Shown piece by piece: positions 51,216-60,700 of a DNA stretch of 64,000 nt; the stretch's first letter is position 1; each line of letters starts with the position of its first letter. The position numbers were made by a program, and so were the translations under genes. A model generated the notes under the pieces. That model saw only the letters and a program-made list of their open reading frames with translations. It was not told the origin of the DNA and ran no database searches. The stretch comes from an uncultured Eubacteriales bacterium. GTDB taxonomy: Bacteria; Bacillota; Clostridia; Christensenellales; UBA1242. The stretch is from the NCBI GenBank assembly GCA_948695535.1, contig CAPRTS010000004.1:37608-101607 (forward strand), read 5' to 3'.

Positions 51216-51715
51216 AGTGGAAACATTATTTAATTTGCGCAATCTTAATCATTGTTGGGATGGTTTGTGGCATTGAGTTATTTCGTATATTAGATATTAA
51301 GAGCGGAGAATATGGTTCGGTGTTTGTTTATGACGAACTCAATTCTTACCAAGAATTTTCTAAATTTGATTACGGAATCATTGATTTTGCCACCGATGAT
51401 TTTGTGAACTATACCAGCATTACTACTTATGCTAACCAAGATTTTGACGGCACCAAAAGTGATTACTATTTATTTTTCAATGGTCGTCCTTTGAACAATG
51501 TTACGCAAACCGCCGGCAAAATAAGCGGTGATTTAATAATTAAGTTTTATGATTTAGACGGAATAGTGATTACCACCGCACAACTGAATTTCACGGTGGA
51601 GTATTTAGCCAATAGTACCAAAGTAACCATTGCCACACATAACCAAAACAATTCGATTTCGTATCTGAATGCCTACATGAACATTAACGGGGCGGTCTTA
51701 AAGGTGGTGTTGTGA
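51212..51715 (+). CDS. N-terminally TM-anchored protein
   Basis: 167 aa with anchor HYLICAILIIVGMVCGI. Overlapping stops and starts on both sides. Confidence 0.5.
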   Translation: MKWKHYLICAILIIVGMVCGIELFRILDIKSGEYGSVFVYDELNSYQEFSKFDYGIIDFATDDFVNYTSITTYANQDFDGTKSDYYLFFNGRPLNNVTQTAGKISGDLIIKFYDLDGIVITTAQLNFTVEYLANSTKVTIATHNQNNSISYLNAYMNINGAVLKVVL

Positions 51716-53550
51716 TGAATTTGAAAGCCTTAATTGTGAGTATCATTTCCGTAATTACGGTTGCAATCTTGGCGATTGTCGGGTATTGCTGCTGGCCCAT
51801 GATTACCGCCAGCATTACGGATAACAAATATTACACTTACGAAGAAATCCAACAAAGTTACCAAGACGGCTATAACGATGGTGCTAAAAGTGAAAGTGAA
51901 CTGATTGCACAAGTTGCGTATTATAAAACTTTGGTCGATGAGTATTACAACAATGTCAATACCTTAAATAACGAGATTAGTTTATTAAGTAAAAATAACC
52001 AAGGATTAAAAGAACGAATTGACCGATTACAAAATACGGAACAAGCACAAGCCAATACGATTGCTAACTTGCAAGGCATTATTGCTGCTAACCAGACAGT
52101 GGTTGACGACCTGAATAATCAACTATATGTCTTAAAAAAGAACATTAAGTATTACGAACAAGTCATTGCTAATCTGGAATTAGAAAACCAAGTAGTCGCG
52201 ACATTTGAGTTTAACGGAATAATTTGTAACATTCAATTACTAGACTATAACGCCATTGCTGCTGATCCCAATCCGGCTTCGACGGAGAACATAATCTTTA
52301 ACGGCTGGACGGTTAATGGGGAACCCGTCGATTTGAGTACCTATCATATTACCAAGAATACTCGTTTCGTCGCCGATGTTATTTATCGCTATACCGTCAA
52401 TTTCACAGTCGATGGTGAGAATATTGAACAGCAAATTTTAGTTAAGGACCAAACGGCAGCATTGCCCGAAACTCCAGTTAAAGATGGTTATGAATTTGAT
52501 GGTTGGTCAATAGATGGCACGAATTTGATTGGTGTTGCTAACACGCCGATTACGGCGGATACCAATTATTTCGCGGTATTTACTAAATTACACACAGTAA
52601 TCTTTAAGCAAGACGGAAAGACTGTTGTTAATCTAACTGTTCGTGATAACGATTATGTTAATGCCCCTGATTTAACATTGGCAGATAACATAATTTTTGA
52701 CGGCTGGTTGGTGGATGGTGAATTAGTTGAAGTTGCGAATTATCAAATTAAGTGTGATGTAACGTTTGTTGCCAGTTTAACCAAAAAAGAAAGTTACTTT
52801 GAACCGGTAAGTTTCACAGTTGTTAATGATAAAAATTTGTCGGGAGCAAGCATTTGGTCAGATGGTGAGAACCTATATTATTCATCAAGTAGTACGCAAT
52901 ACGTTTATAACCATAATACCGGTGAGTGGTCAACTAAGACTTGGAGTGGTAGCCTTACATCATTTAGCGCCAGTTATATTTGGTCGGATGGAACTAATAT
53001 TTACTACTCAACTTATTTGAAACAATATGTCTTAAATAAAGCCACGACAACTTGGGAAGAAAAGGTTTGGGGTGGCATGGCTTACCCCAATAAAAGTGAA
53101 ATATGGACGGACGGTACCGATATTTATCTATCGACGATGAACCCGAACAACAACTATATTTTGAATCGTCAAAATTCAACGTGGGTCAAAATTTCTTGGC
53201 AAGGCGTGTATAACGACTATTTTCATGGCAGTCGGATCTGGTCCGATGGGGTAAATACCTACTTTTCGTTAAGGGATGATTACCAATATGTATTACAAAA
53301 AGGTACGAATACCTGGGTAAATAAAACCTGGAATGGCTTTGTTCCACAAGTGACTAGTTATATCTGGTCCGACGGCGAAAACACTTATTATTCAGATGTC
53401 ACTAACAATCAATTTTATGTATTAGATGTTGCCACTTCAACTTGGCTGCCTAAGAAATGGAATATCTATCTTGATCCAAAGTATTTTTGGTGGGATGGCG
53501 ATACGATGTATTATTCCAGTGGAAAAACGCACTATGTGTTGGTGAAATAA
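51715..53550 (+). CDS. TM-anchored coiled-coil protein with three Flg_new-type repeats and a six-fold W-[ST]-D-G-x-N-x-Y-[YF]-S repeat domain
   Basis: N-terminal TM and coiled coil (aa ~60-160). FNGWTVNG, FDGWSIDG and FDGWLVDG repeats, then six ~45-aa repeats. GTG 51712 is an alternative start. Confidence 0.65.
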   Translation: MNLKALIVSIISVITVAILAIVGYCCWPMITASITDNKYYTYEEIQQSYQDGYNDGAKSESELIAQVAYYKTLVDEYYNNVNTLNNEISLLSKNNQGLKERIDRLQNTEQAQANTIANLQGIIAANQTVVDDLNNQLYVLKKNIKYYEQVIANLELENQVVATFEFNGIICNIQLLDYNAIAADPNPASTENIIFNGWTVNGEPVDLSTYHITKNTRFVADVIYRYTVNFTVDGENIEQQILVKDQTAALPETPVKDGYEFDGWSIDGTNLIGVANTPITADTNYFAVFTKLHTVIFKQDGKTVVNLTVRDNDYVNAPDLTLADNIIFDGWLVDGELVEVANYQIKCDVTFVASLTKKESYFEPVSFTVVNDKNLSGASIWSDGENLYYSSSSTQYVYNHNTGEWSTKTWSGSLTSFSASYIWSDGTNIYYSTYLKQYVLNKATTTWEEKVWGGMAYPNKSEIWTDGTDIYLSTMNPNNNYILNRQNSTWVKISWQGVYNDYFHGSRIWSDGVNTYFSLRDDYQYVLQKGTNTWVNKTWNGFVPQVTSYIWSDGENTYYSDVTNNQFYVLDVATSTWLPKKWNIYLDPKYFWWDGDTMYYSSGKTHYVLVK

Positions 53551-54392
53551 TGATTACCATTATTTTTGCCCCACCACGAACGGGGAAGACTTGTTACATG
53601 ACGCACTGCTTAAATCAATTTGCTTTTGACAAAACGCGTAATCGTAAAATGGCCAATGAGATAACAAATAAGAATGAATGTGGTTTTAATTTAAGTGTCC
53701 CTAAACACTGTGTTAGTGCGAATTACGCCATTACTTTCCGTAAGTTTCGTTACCGCCCACGCACCAGTCGGATGATTAACCCATTTCGGTTGGGGTTTGC
53801 TAATCCGTATGTTAAGACCCATTTTAATCTGCCTTACGAAGTAATTGGCATTACGGAAGCTCAAAAATACTTGAATAGTCGCATGAGCATGTATTTCCCT
53901 GAATGGCAGAGCCGGTGGTACGAACAGCATGGACACAATAATTTAGATATTTATTTAGACACCCAACGCCCAATGTTAATTGATGTGAACATTAGAGAGT
54001 TAGCCCAGTTTGTGGAAATCGTGCAACTGTGGCTGACTTACGATGACCGTAAACGGGTTTGTGGTTTGCGATGGTTAATTCGTAAGATTGCCAATAGTCA
54101 GTTATTTGATCGTTATCTGGCCTCTGGGAAACAGGATACCGCGTGCTACACGGAAGAATTCGTGGTGGCTGATTACAATGTGTTCGCGATGTACGATAGC
54201 CAGTGTTGTAAGCCCAAATTCTATGCGGGACATTTTGACGAAGATTTTGATTACCAAGCAAGTCAGCCCACGGAAGAATCTTTACAAGGTTACCTTGACT
54301 ACCTAGAAAATAACGATGACGAGTTGCCAGCAAATTTTTATGTTAAAAGGAGTAAACCCGATGCTAAACTTTCACAAGAACGATTTAATTGA
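53550..54392 (+). CDS. Zot/pI-like P-loop NTPase (filamentous-phage assembly ATPase family)
   Basis: MITIIFAPPRTGKT Walker A at the extreme N-terminus, VIGITEAQ Walker B, and HGHNNLDIYLDTQRP, as in the Zot family. TAATG coupling to the upstream gene. No TM seen. Confidence 0.7.
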   Translation: MITIIFAPPRTGKTCYMTHCLNQFAFDKTRNRKMANEITNKNECGFNLSVPKHCVSANYAITFRKFRYRPRTSRMINPFRLGFANPYVKTHFNLPYEVIGITEAQKYLNSRMSMYFPEWQSRWYEQHGHNNLDIYLDTQRPMLIDVNIRELAQFVEIVQLWLTYDDRKRVCGLRWLIRKIANSQLFDRYLASGKQDTACYTEEFVVADYNVFAMYDSQCCKPKFYAGHFDEDFDYQASQPTEESLQGYLDYLENNDDELPANFYVKRSKPDAKLSQERFN

Positions 54393-54585
54393 TGCCACCT
54401 TAGTGCGGTATTACCAAAGTTTTGAACACACTTTAGATACCGTGGATTATGTGCCAGAAAAATACAATCAAAAAATTTGTCAGTACATTTTTAAGAATAT
54501 GAAACGAACTTTCCGCAAGATTGATCGGGAAGATCGTAAATACCAACGGCAGTTGCGTAAAGGCGGTGGTGATGGCGTATCTTGA
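54361..54585 (+). CDS. hypothetical small protein
   Basis: 74 aa from ATG 54361 (AAGGAG SD). Overlaps both neighbours. Confidence 0.4.
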   Translation: MLNFHKNDLIDATLVRYYQSFEHTLDTVDYVPEKYNQKICQYIFKNMKRTFRKIDREDRKYQRQLRKGGGDGVS

Positions 54586-55498
54586 TGCAAAAGTGTATTT
54601 TGATGGCAGCCATTATATTGCGATTCCTCACATCACAAGGTTTGTAAAGAAACGAAAGCTAACTCCAGAAGAACCACTTATGCAAGGTGAACAGGACTTG
54701 GGGACGCCCAAGCCCTGTCTGCCGTTGCCTTCACGCAAAGCATTGTTTAACGAATTATACAAGGAACACATTGATTTACCACGCCGTGAACGCGTAGCAA
54801 AAATTACCCAAGCAATGACGCCATATTTCAAGGATAACGAACAATGTCAAAACTTTCTACAACGCCAAATGGAACGCAAAAAACGAAACTTAATCGCTCG
54901 TCGTACACGAATGTTTCGTAAAGCTAGCTTAATTGATTTTAATTACTTCGCAACATTTACTTACGATGACGCGAAACATACTGAACAATCGTTTAAGAAA
55001 GGTTTGCAAACTTGTTTCCGTAATTTGTGTTATCGCCAACATTGGCAGTATCTGGGCGTTTGGGAACGGGCACCCGTAACCAAACGGTTGCATTTCCACG
55101 GTTTATTCCGTATTGCGTCAGAAGCCATGGTTGGTGAATTATTTAGCCATACCGATTACAATTTGTCTTTACATAAACGAACCACGACCATTCAAAACAG
55201 TTATTTTAATGGTCGGTTTGGTCGTACTGATTTTGAATATATCGCCAGCAATAAAGACCTAATCAGAGAACTGCAATACATCTGCAAATACTTAGAAAAA
55301 ACGGAAGAAAGAATTGTGTACAGTAAAGGTCTGTACCAATACTTTGTGAGTGACATCATGAATACGGATGTGGTCTGTCGGATTGGCCGCGAAGACCGCA
55401 AACTTTTGCTGTTTGATGATTTTACTTGTATCAACACTGGTAAAATCCAAGGCAAAGTTAGCCCGACGACGATTGCCAAAATGCGAAAAAGTAACTGA
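54572..55498 (+). CDS. HUH rolling-circle replication initiator (Rep)
   Basis: Motif I FATFTY, motif II LHFHGLF (HUH), motif III YICKYLEK (catalytic Tyr), in canonical order and spacing. Confidence 0.75.
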   Translation: MAYLDAKVYFDGSHYIAIPHITRFVKKRKLTPEEPLMQGEQDLGTPKPCLPLPSRKALFNELYKEHIDLPRRERVAKITQAMTPYFKDNEQCQNFLQRQMERKKRNLIARRTRMFRKASLIDFNYFATFTYDDAKHTEQSFKKGLQTCFRNLCYRQHWQYLGVWERAPVTKRLHFHGLFRIASEAMVGELFSHTDYNLSLHKRTTTIQNSYFNGRFGRTDFEYIASNKDLIRELQYICKYLEKTEERIVYSKGLYQYFVSDIMNTDVVCRIGREDRKLLLFDDFTCINTGKIQGKVSPTTIAKMRKSN

Positions 55499-55667
55499 CG
55501 GACGGTGTGCTGGGCGCTGGCTTTAGCCCGCCAGCCACCGCTTGTGGACGCGTTACAGTGGTGGAGTGGCGGGTGCTTGTTGGCGGAGCTTTAGCGACGC
55601 CACTTGTTATATACAAGCACACGCCGCGCTCTCAAAGTATACTTTTTAAGGTTAAAAGGAGAGAAAA

Positions 55668-56585
55668 ATGCTATACAAAGAATGGTTAGCAACTTGGTTG
55701 GAAAACTATGTTAAACCAACAAGCAAAAGCCGTACCTATGCGCGTTACACGGAACTGGTGCGGCAACACCTTGGCGGGGTGGGTGATTACGCATTGGGCG
55801 AACTGACGCCGTTGGTTTTGCAACAATTTGTCATGAGCTTGTTGCAAGGTGGTAACTTAAAGACACGGCAAGGTTTGTCGGCTAATTCCGTCAATACGAT
55901 CATCTCGGTAATGCAAAGTTCCTTAAAGACGGCGTATAACCTGAGACTAATTGCCGAAAATGTTGGCACTAAAATTCAACGCCCCAAGATTACGGAAAAA
56001 CAAGTCGTATGTTTTACCGTTACAGAGCAGAAGCAAATTGAACAATTTGTTTTGACCAGCAAGAAAAAGAAATTGTACGGCATTATCGTGTGCTTATACA
56101 CCGGTTTACGTATTGGTGAACTATTGGCGTTAAAGTGGAACGACATTGATTTTGGTAAGGAGTTATTACACGTCAATCGTACTTGTTACGATACGCGTCA
56201 TGGCCGAGTCGACGACACGCCCAAAACCAAAACTTCGGTACGGGTGATTCCTATTCCTAAACCAATCATGGCCTTGTTTAAGGAATTAAAACGGGCAACC
56301 AATCACGCTTACGTCATCACCAACCACGACCAAATTATTGCGGTACGTTCGTACCAACGCAGTTTTGAACTGCTATTAAAACGCTTGCACATTACCCACA
56401 AAGGCTTTCATGCGTTACGCCATACCTTTGCGACACGGGCTTTGGAGTGTGGTATGGACGTCAAAACCTTGTCCGAGATTTTAGGTCATAAAAATTCGCA
56501 AATCACCTTAAACCGTTACGCCCATAGTTTGATCGAACACAAAATTGATGTCATGAATAAGCTGGGCAAATTGTTGCAAAATTAA
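55668..56585 (+). CDS. tyrosine recombinase / phage integrase
   Basis: N-terminal SAM-like domain. LRIGELLALKW (Arg), HALRHTFAT (H-x-x-R), LGHKNSQITLNRYAH (His...Tyr). Confidence 0.9.
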   Translation: MLYKEWLATWLENYVKPTSKSRTYARYTELVRQHLGGVGDYALGELTPLVLQQFVMSLLQGGNLKTRQGLSANSVNTIISVMQSSLKTAYNLRLIAENVGTKIQRPKITEKQVVCFTVTEQKQIEQFVLTSKKKKLYGIIVCLYTGLRIGELLALKWNDIDFGKELLHVNRTCYDTRHGRVDDTPKTKTSVRVIPIPKPIMALFKELKRATNHAYVITNHDQIIAVRSYQRSFELLLKRLHITHKGFHALRHTFATRALECGMDVKTLSEILGHKNSQITLNRYAHSLIEHKIDVMNKLGKLLQN

Positions 56586-56718
56586 AAATATTAGCAAGCT
56601 ATAGAATTTTCCAAACCAATAATGATTTGTTGAGAATAATGATTAAAGATTTTAGACAAATAACTAATTAATTTTGATTATTGTGTTAGTAATAGTATAA
56701 TAGTGATGTAGGAGATAT

Positions 56719-57555
56719 GTGGTGAAGAACGAAGTTGTTGTTAAAGGTATCAATGTAAATTATAGAAAGATAAATCAAGAAGATTATATTTCTTTAACAG
56801 ATATTGCAAAAGCAAGAAACGCAAAAGAGCCAAAAGATGTTGTTAAAAGTTGGCTGAGAAGCAGAGCCACCCTTGAATACTTGGCATTATGGGAGAACTT
56901 TTATAATCCAAATTTTAAATGGGACGAAATCGACCCCTTATTAGCACAAACTGGTAAAAATGATTTCACTATGTCTCCAACTCGTTGGATAGAAGAATTT
57001 AACGCTATTGGTATAACTGCTAAGCAGGGTAAAAATGGTGGAACTTATGCTCACCAAGATATTGCCTTTAAGTTTGCTAGTTGGATTTCTGCTGAATTTG
57101 AATTTTATTTAATTAAAGAATTTCAACGGCTAAAAATACAGGAACAACAAAGTTTAGAATGGAACGCCAAAAGGGAACTTGCCAAACTAAATTACCATAT
57201 CCATACCGATGCAATAAAGGAAAATTTAATTGTGCCAACACTGACAAAGAGTCAAATCAATTTTGTCTATGCTAGTGAAGCGGATGTGTTGAATGTCGCT
57301 TTATTTGGAAAAACTGCTGCCGAATGGCGAAAAGAAAATCCTATTCTTAAAGGTAATATCAGAGATTACGCAAGCATTGAGCAATTATTAGTGATTGCTA
57401 ACATGGAAAGCTTAAATGCCTACTTAATTGAGCAGAATATCACACAAAGTGAACGGCTTGTGCAACTTAACAGCATGGCAAAATCTCAATTAAGAGTTTT
57501 GCAACAAGTAAATTCAAAATTACTCTTAACGGATGAAAAAATTAACAATAACTAG
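56719..57555 (+). CDS. KilA-N domain protein
   Basis: N-terminal YISLTDIAK...GTYAHQDIAFKFASWISAEFEFYLIKEF matches the KilA-N pattern. GTG start with an AGGAG SD. Confidence 0.75.
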   Translation: MVKNEVVVKGINVNYRKINQEDYISLTDIAKARNAKEPKDVVKSWLRSRATLEYLALWENFYNPNFKWDEIDPLLAQTGKNDFTMSPTRWIEEFNAIGITAKQGKNGGTYAHQDIAFKFASWISAEFEFYLIKEFQRLKIQEQQSLEWNAKRELAKLNYHIHTDAIKENLIVPTLTKSQINFVYASEADVLNVALFGKTAAEWRKENPILKGNIRDYASIEQLLVIANMESLNAYLIEQNITQSERLVQLNSMAKSQLRVLQQVNSKLLLTDEKINNN

Positions 57556-57599
57556 AGTTTTCGATTGAGAAATTTTGCAAAATTAACCCAATAAAAAAG

Positions 57600-57622
57600 C
57601 CACCGAATAATCTATTCGGTGG
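57600..57622. terminator. 10-bp perfect hairpin (CCACCGAATA-ATC-TATTCGGTGG); strand of action ambiguous
   Basis: An A-run lies upstream and there is no T-run downstream on the plus strand. The T-run follows on the minus strand. Confidence 0.4.
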
Positions 57623-57792
57623 ACAAATTTCACCTTAATTATATTCAAACTATCATTAAATTGCAAGTATTTTTATCATTTATGTACAGCTAACGACTTT
57701 TATTATTGTTTTAGCCCTTGTTTTGTTCATCAAATAGATTATTCGGTGAACAAAATCTCTGCAAAATGTTCATCTAAAAGGGGCATGGGAAA

Positions 57793-60700
57793 ATGAAAAA
57801 ATTGAAAAATTGGTTCAAATGTTTGGTACTGGTCGGTGCGTTATTGTGTACCGGCGTAGGAATGTCCGCGTGCAGCTTTGGATTTGGTAACCAAACTCAA
57901 TCTTATAAGATTACTTATTATGCCAACGACGGAACTGAAAGTTATCGAACCGAAACTTGTTATGATTATCAAAAAGATGCCTTTACTATTGGAGTGGGCA
58001 TGGGTTTTGACCGTCCGTGGTATCGCTTTGTGGAATGGAATACTGCGGCAGATGGCACCGGTACGGCTTATGAATCGTGTGCTGAATACCAAATCACCGG
58101 TGATCTTAATCTGTACGCTATTTGGGAAGATGCAACACGGCAAATTACTTATCACGCTAACGATGGTACGGAACAAACTACTATCCAGACATTTGATAGC
58201 AGTCGTTATGTAAACCTAAAAGCGAATAATGCATTTACGCGGACCGGGTACGAAATTACCAAATGGAACACAACTGCGGACGGTAGTGGTACTGTGTACT
58301 ATCCCGGCAACTCTGATAAATTGACCGATAACCTAGATTTGTATGCGGTTTGGCAATTAAAAAATTATTCTCTATCTTACAATTATTATACTGACAATGG
58401 TTCTTCTTTGTCGGGTGTAACCAAAGCAAATAATCCGTCAAGCTACAATGTTGAAACCCCGACCATTACACTACAAGCACCGAGTAAAACTGGTTATACT
58501 TTTGAAGGCTGGTATCGCGAACGCGAATTCATTAACCCTGTAACCGAAATTACCCAAGGTTCGACGGGGGATATTCGCTTGTATGCAAAATTTTCGCTAA
58601 TACCGTATACCATTACCTATGAACTAGACGGTGGCACAAATGGTGATAACCCGTCGACATATAATGTCACGACTTCGACATTTACGCTGCAAGCGCCGAC
58701 AAAGGATGGGTATACTTTTGATGGTTGGTATCGTGAATCTGAATTTATTAACCGCGTAACCCGAATTACCCAAGGCACGACGGGGGAGATTACCCTATAT
58801 GCTAAATTTACATTAACTAATTATTCAATCACCTATGTACTAAACGGTGGTGTTAATGGTAATAATCCGTCTGCGTACACTATAGAAACGGATAGTTTTG
58901 CTTTGTCAATGCCAACTAAAAATGGTTATCACTTCGATGGCTGGTATAGTGAAAGTAATTTCGTTAATCAAGTGACTGAAATTACTAAAGGGACGATGGG
59001 GAACATTACTCTGTACGCCAAATTTGAGTCAATTTCTTATACTATTACTTATGAGCTGGACGGTGGTGTCAATGGGAATAATCGGTCAGTTTACACTTGC
59101 ACAAACAGTTTTATTTTGCAAGACCCGAGTAAAAACGGTTATTACTTTGGTGGCTGGTACAGCGATAGTAATTATGCTAACAAAGTTACTCAAATAAAGT
59201 ATGGCACCACGGGAGATATAACTTTGTACGCAAGATGGTGCACAAACGAAGACATTTATAACGTTGATAATGACACCATCATAGGACTTAACGACATTGG
59301 AAAGACTTTATCGTTAAAGATACTAGACATTCCTAGTCAAATTAAAGGTGTCAACATTACGGCGATTGGTTTGGAGGCGTTCCGCAATAATAAAACTTTA
59401 ACCAAAGTCGTCATTCCAGCTGGTATAACCGACATTGGTAATGATGCGTTCTATAATTGCAGTATGTTGAATGAAGTTCATATTACCGATTTAAGTGCTT
59501 GGATTCAAATTGATTTTGGTAATAAGTTCGCTAATCCGCTATGCTCTAATGATAATGAAGTCAACTTATACCTTAATGGTGAGATGGTGACTGATTTAGT
59601 TATCCCTGATGGGGTAATTCATATTGGTAGTTATGTTTTCTATGGTCGTAAAGATATAACCAGTATAACAATTCCCGACTGCGTGACCAGTATTGGCAAT
59701 TACGCGTTTGATGGTTGCAGTGGCTTGACCAGTGTGATAATTGGTAGTGGTGTAACAAGTCTCAATGGATTCTCTTTTAGCGGAAATACGAATTTAACTA
59801 CAGTGGTGATTGGTAACAATGTGACCAGCATAAGTAATGGTGCATTCTCTGGTTGTTCGTCACTACAAAATATTACCTTACCGTTCGTGGGTGACAGTGC
59901 AAATGCAACAGATGCTGCGTCTTTATTCGGTTATATTTTTGGTACTAGTAAGTACATTGGTGGTACTAGCACTCGACAGTGTTATACAAGTTCAGATGCT
60001 GTGTATTATATCCCAACAACGTTAACAACTGTGACCATTACAGGGGGTAGGATTTCGTATGGTGCGTTCTATAATTGCAGTGACTTGACGAGTATAACAA
60101 TTGGTAACGGCGTGACTAGTATTGGTATTTCTGCGTTCAAGAATTGCAGAAATTTAACAAATATTACGATCCCCGATAGCGTGACCAGTATTGGTTGTGC
60201 TGCGTTCTCTGGTTGTTCGTCACTACAAAATATTACCTTACCGTTCGTAGGATATGAAAGGGATGCAACAGATACTTCGTCCCGGTTTGGTTATATTTTT
60301 GGTTATAGCAGTTTTAATGGTGGTATCAAGATAGAACAGGGTCATTCTTCTTCTGCTGCGACCTATTACATTCCAGCAACATTAACTACTGTGACCATTA
60401 CAGGAGATAACATCCCATCTGATGCGTTCTGTAGTTGCTTTGGCTTGACGAGTATAACGATTAGTAATGGTGTGACCAGTATTGGTGATAAAGCGTTCGA
60501 ATATTGCAGTAAATTGACGAGTATAACGATTGGTAATAGCGTGACCAGCATTGGCAAGTATGCGTTCTATTATTGTAGTAGTTTAGCAAATATTACGATT
60601 CCCGATAGCGTGACCAGTATTGGCAATTCCGCGTTTGATGGTTGCAGTGGTTTAACTAGTGTGATAATTGGTAACGGTGTGACAAGTCTCAATGGATTTT

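Larger units (their letters stand above)
49097..56718. mobile_element. inovirus-like (Zot + HUH Rep + integrase) integrated module; boundaries approximate
   Basis: Co-oriented, translationally coupled genes from 49271 to 56585 ending in a tyrosine integrase. No flanking direct repeats could be identified by eye. Confidence 0.5.

Noticed and set aside
54316-54585. Possible programmed frameshift linking the 74-aa ORF to Rep (14-nt overlap)
   Set aside because: Rep has its own ATG (54572) preceded by a purine-rich stretch. The overlap is typical translational coupling, and no slippery heptamer was seen.
55507-55689. 60-aa ORF in the Rep-integrase intergenic region
   Set aside because: It is a GC-rich hairpin region with a GTG start and no SD. 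It overlaps the integrase SD and start. It is more parsimoniously non-coding (origin or att).
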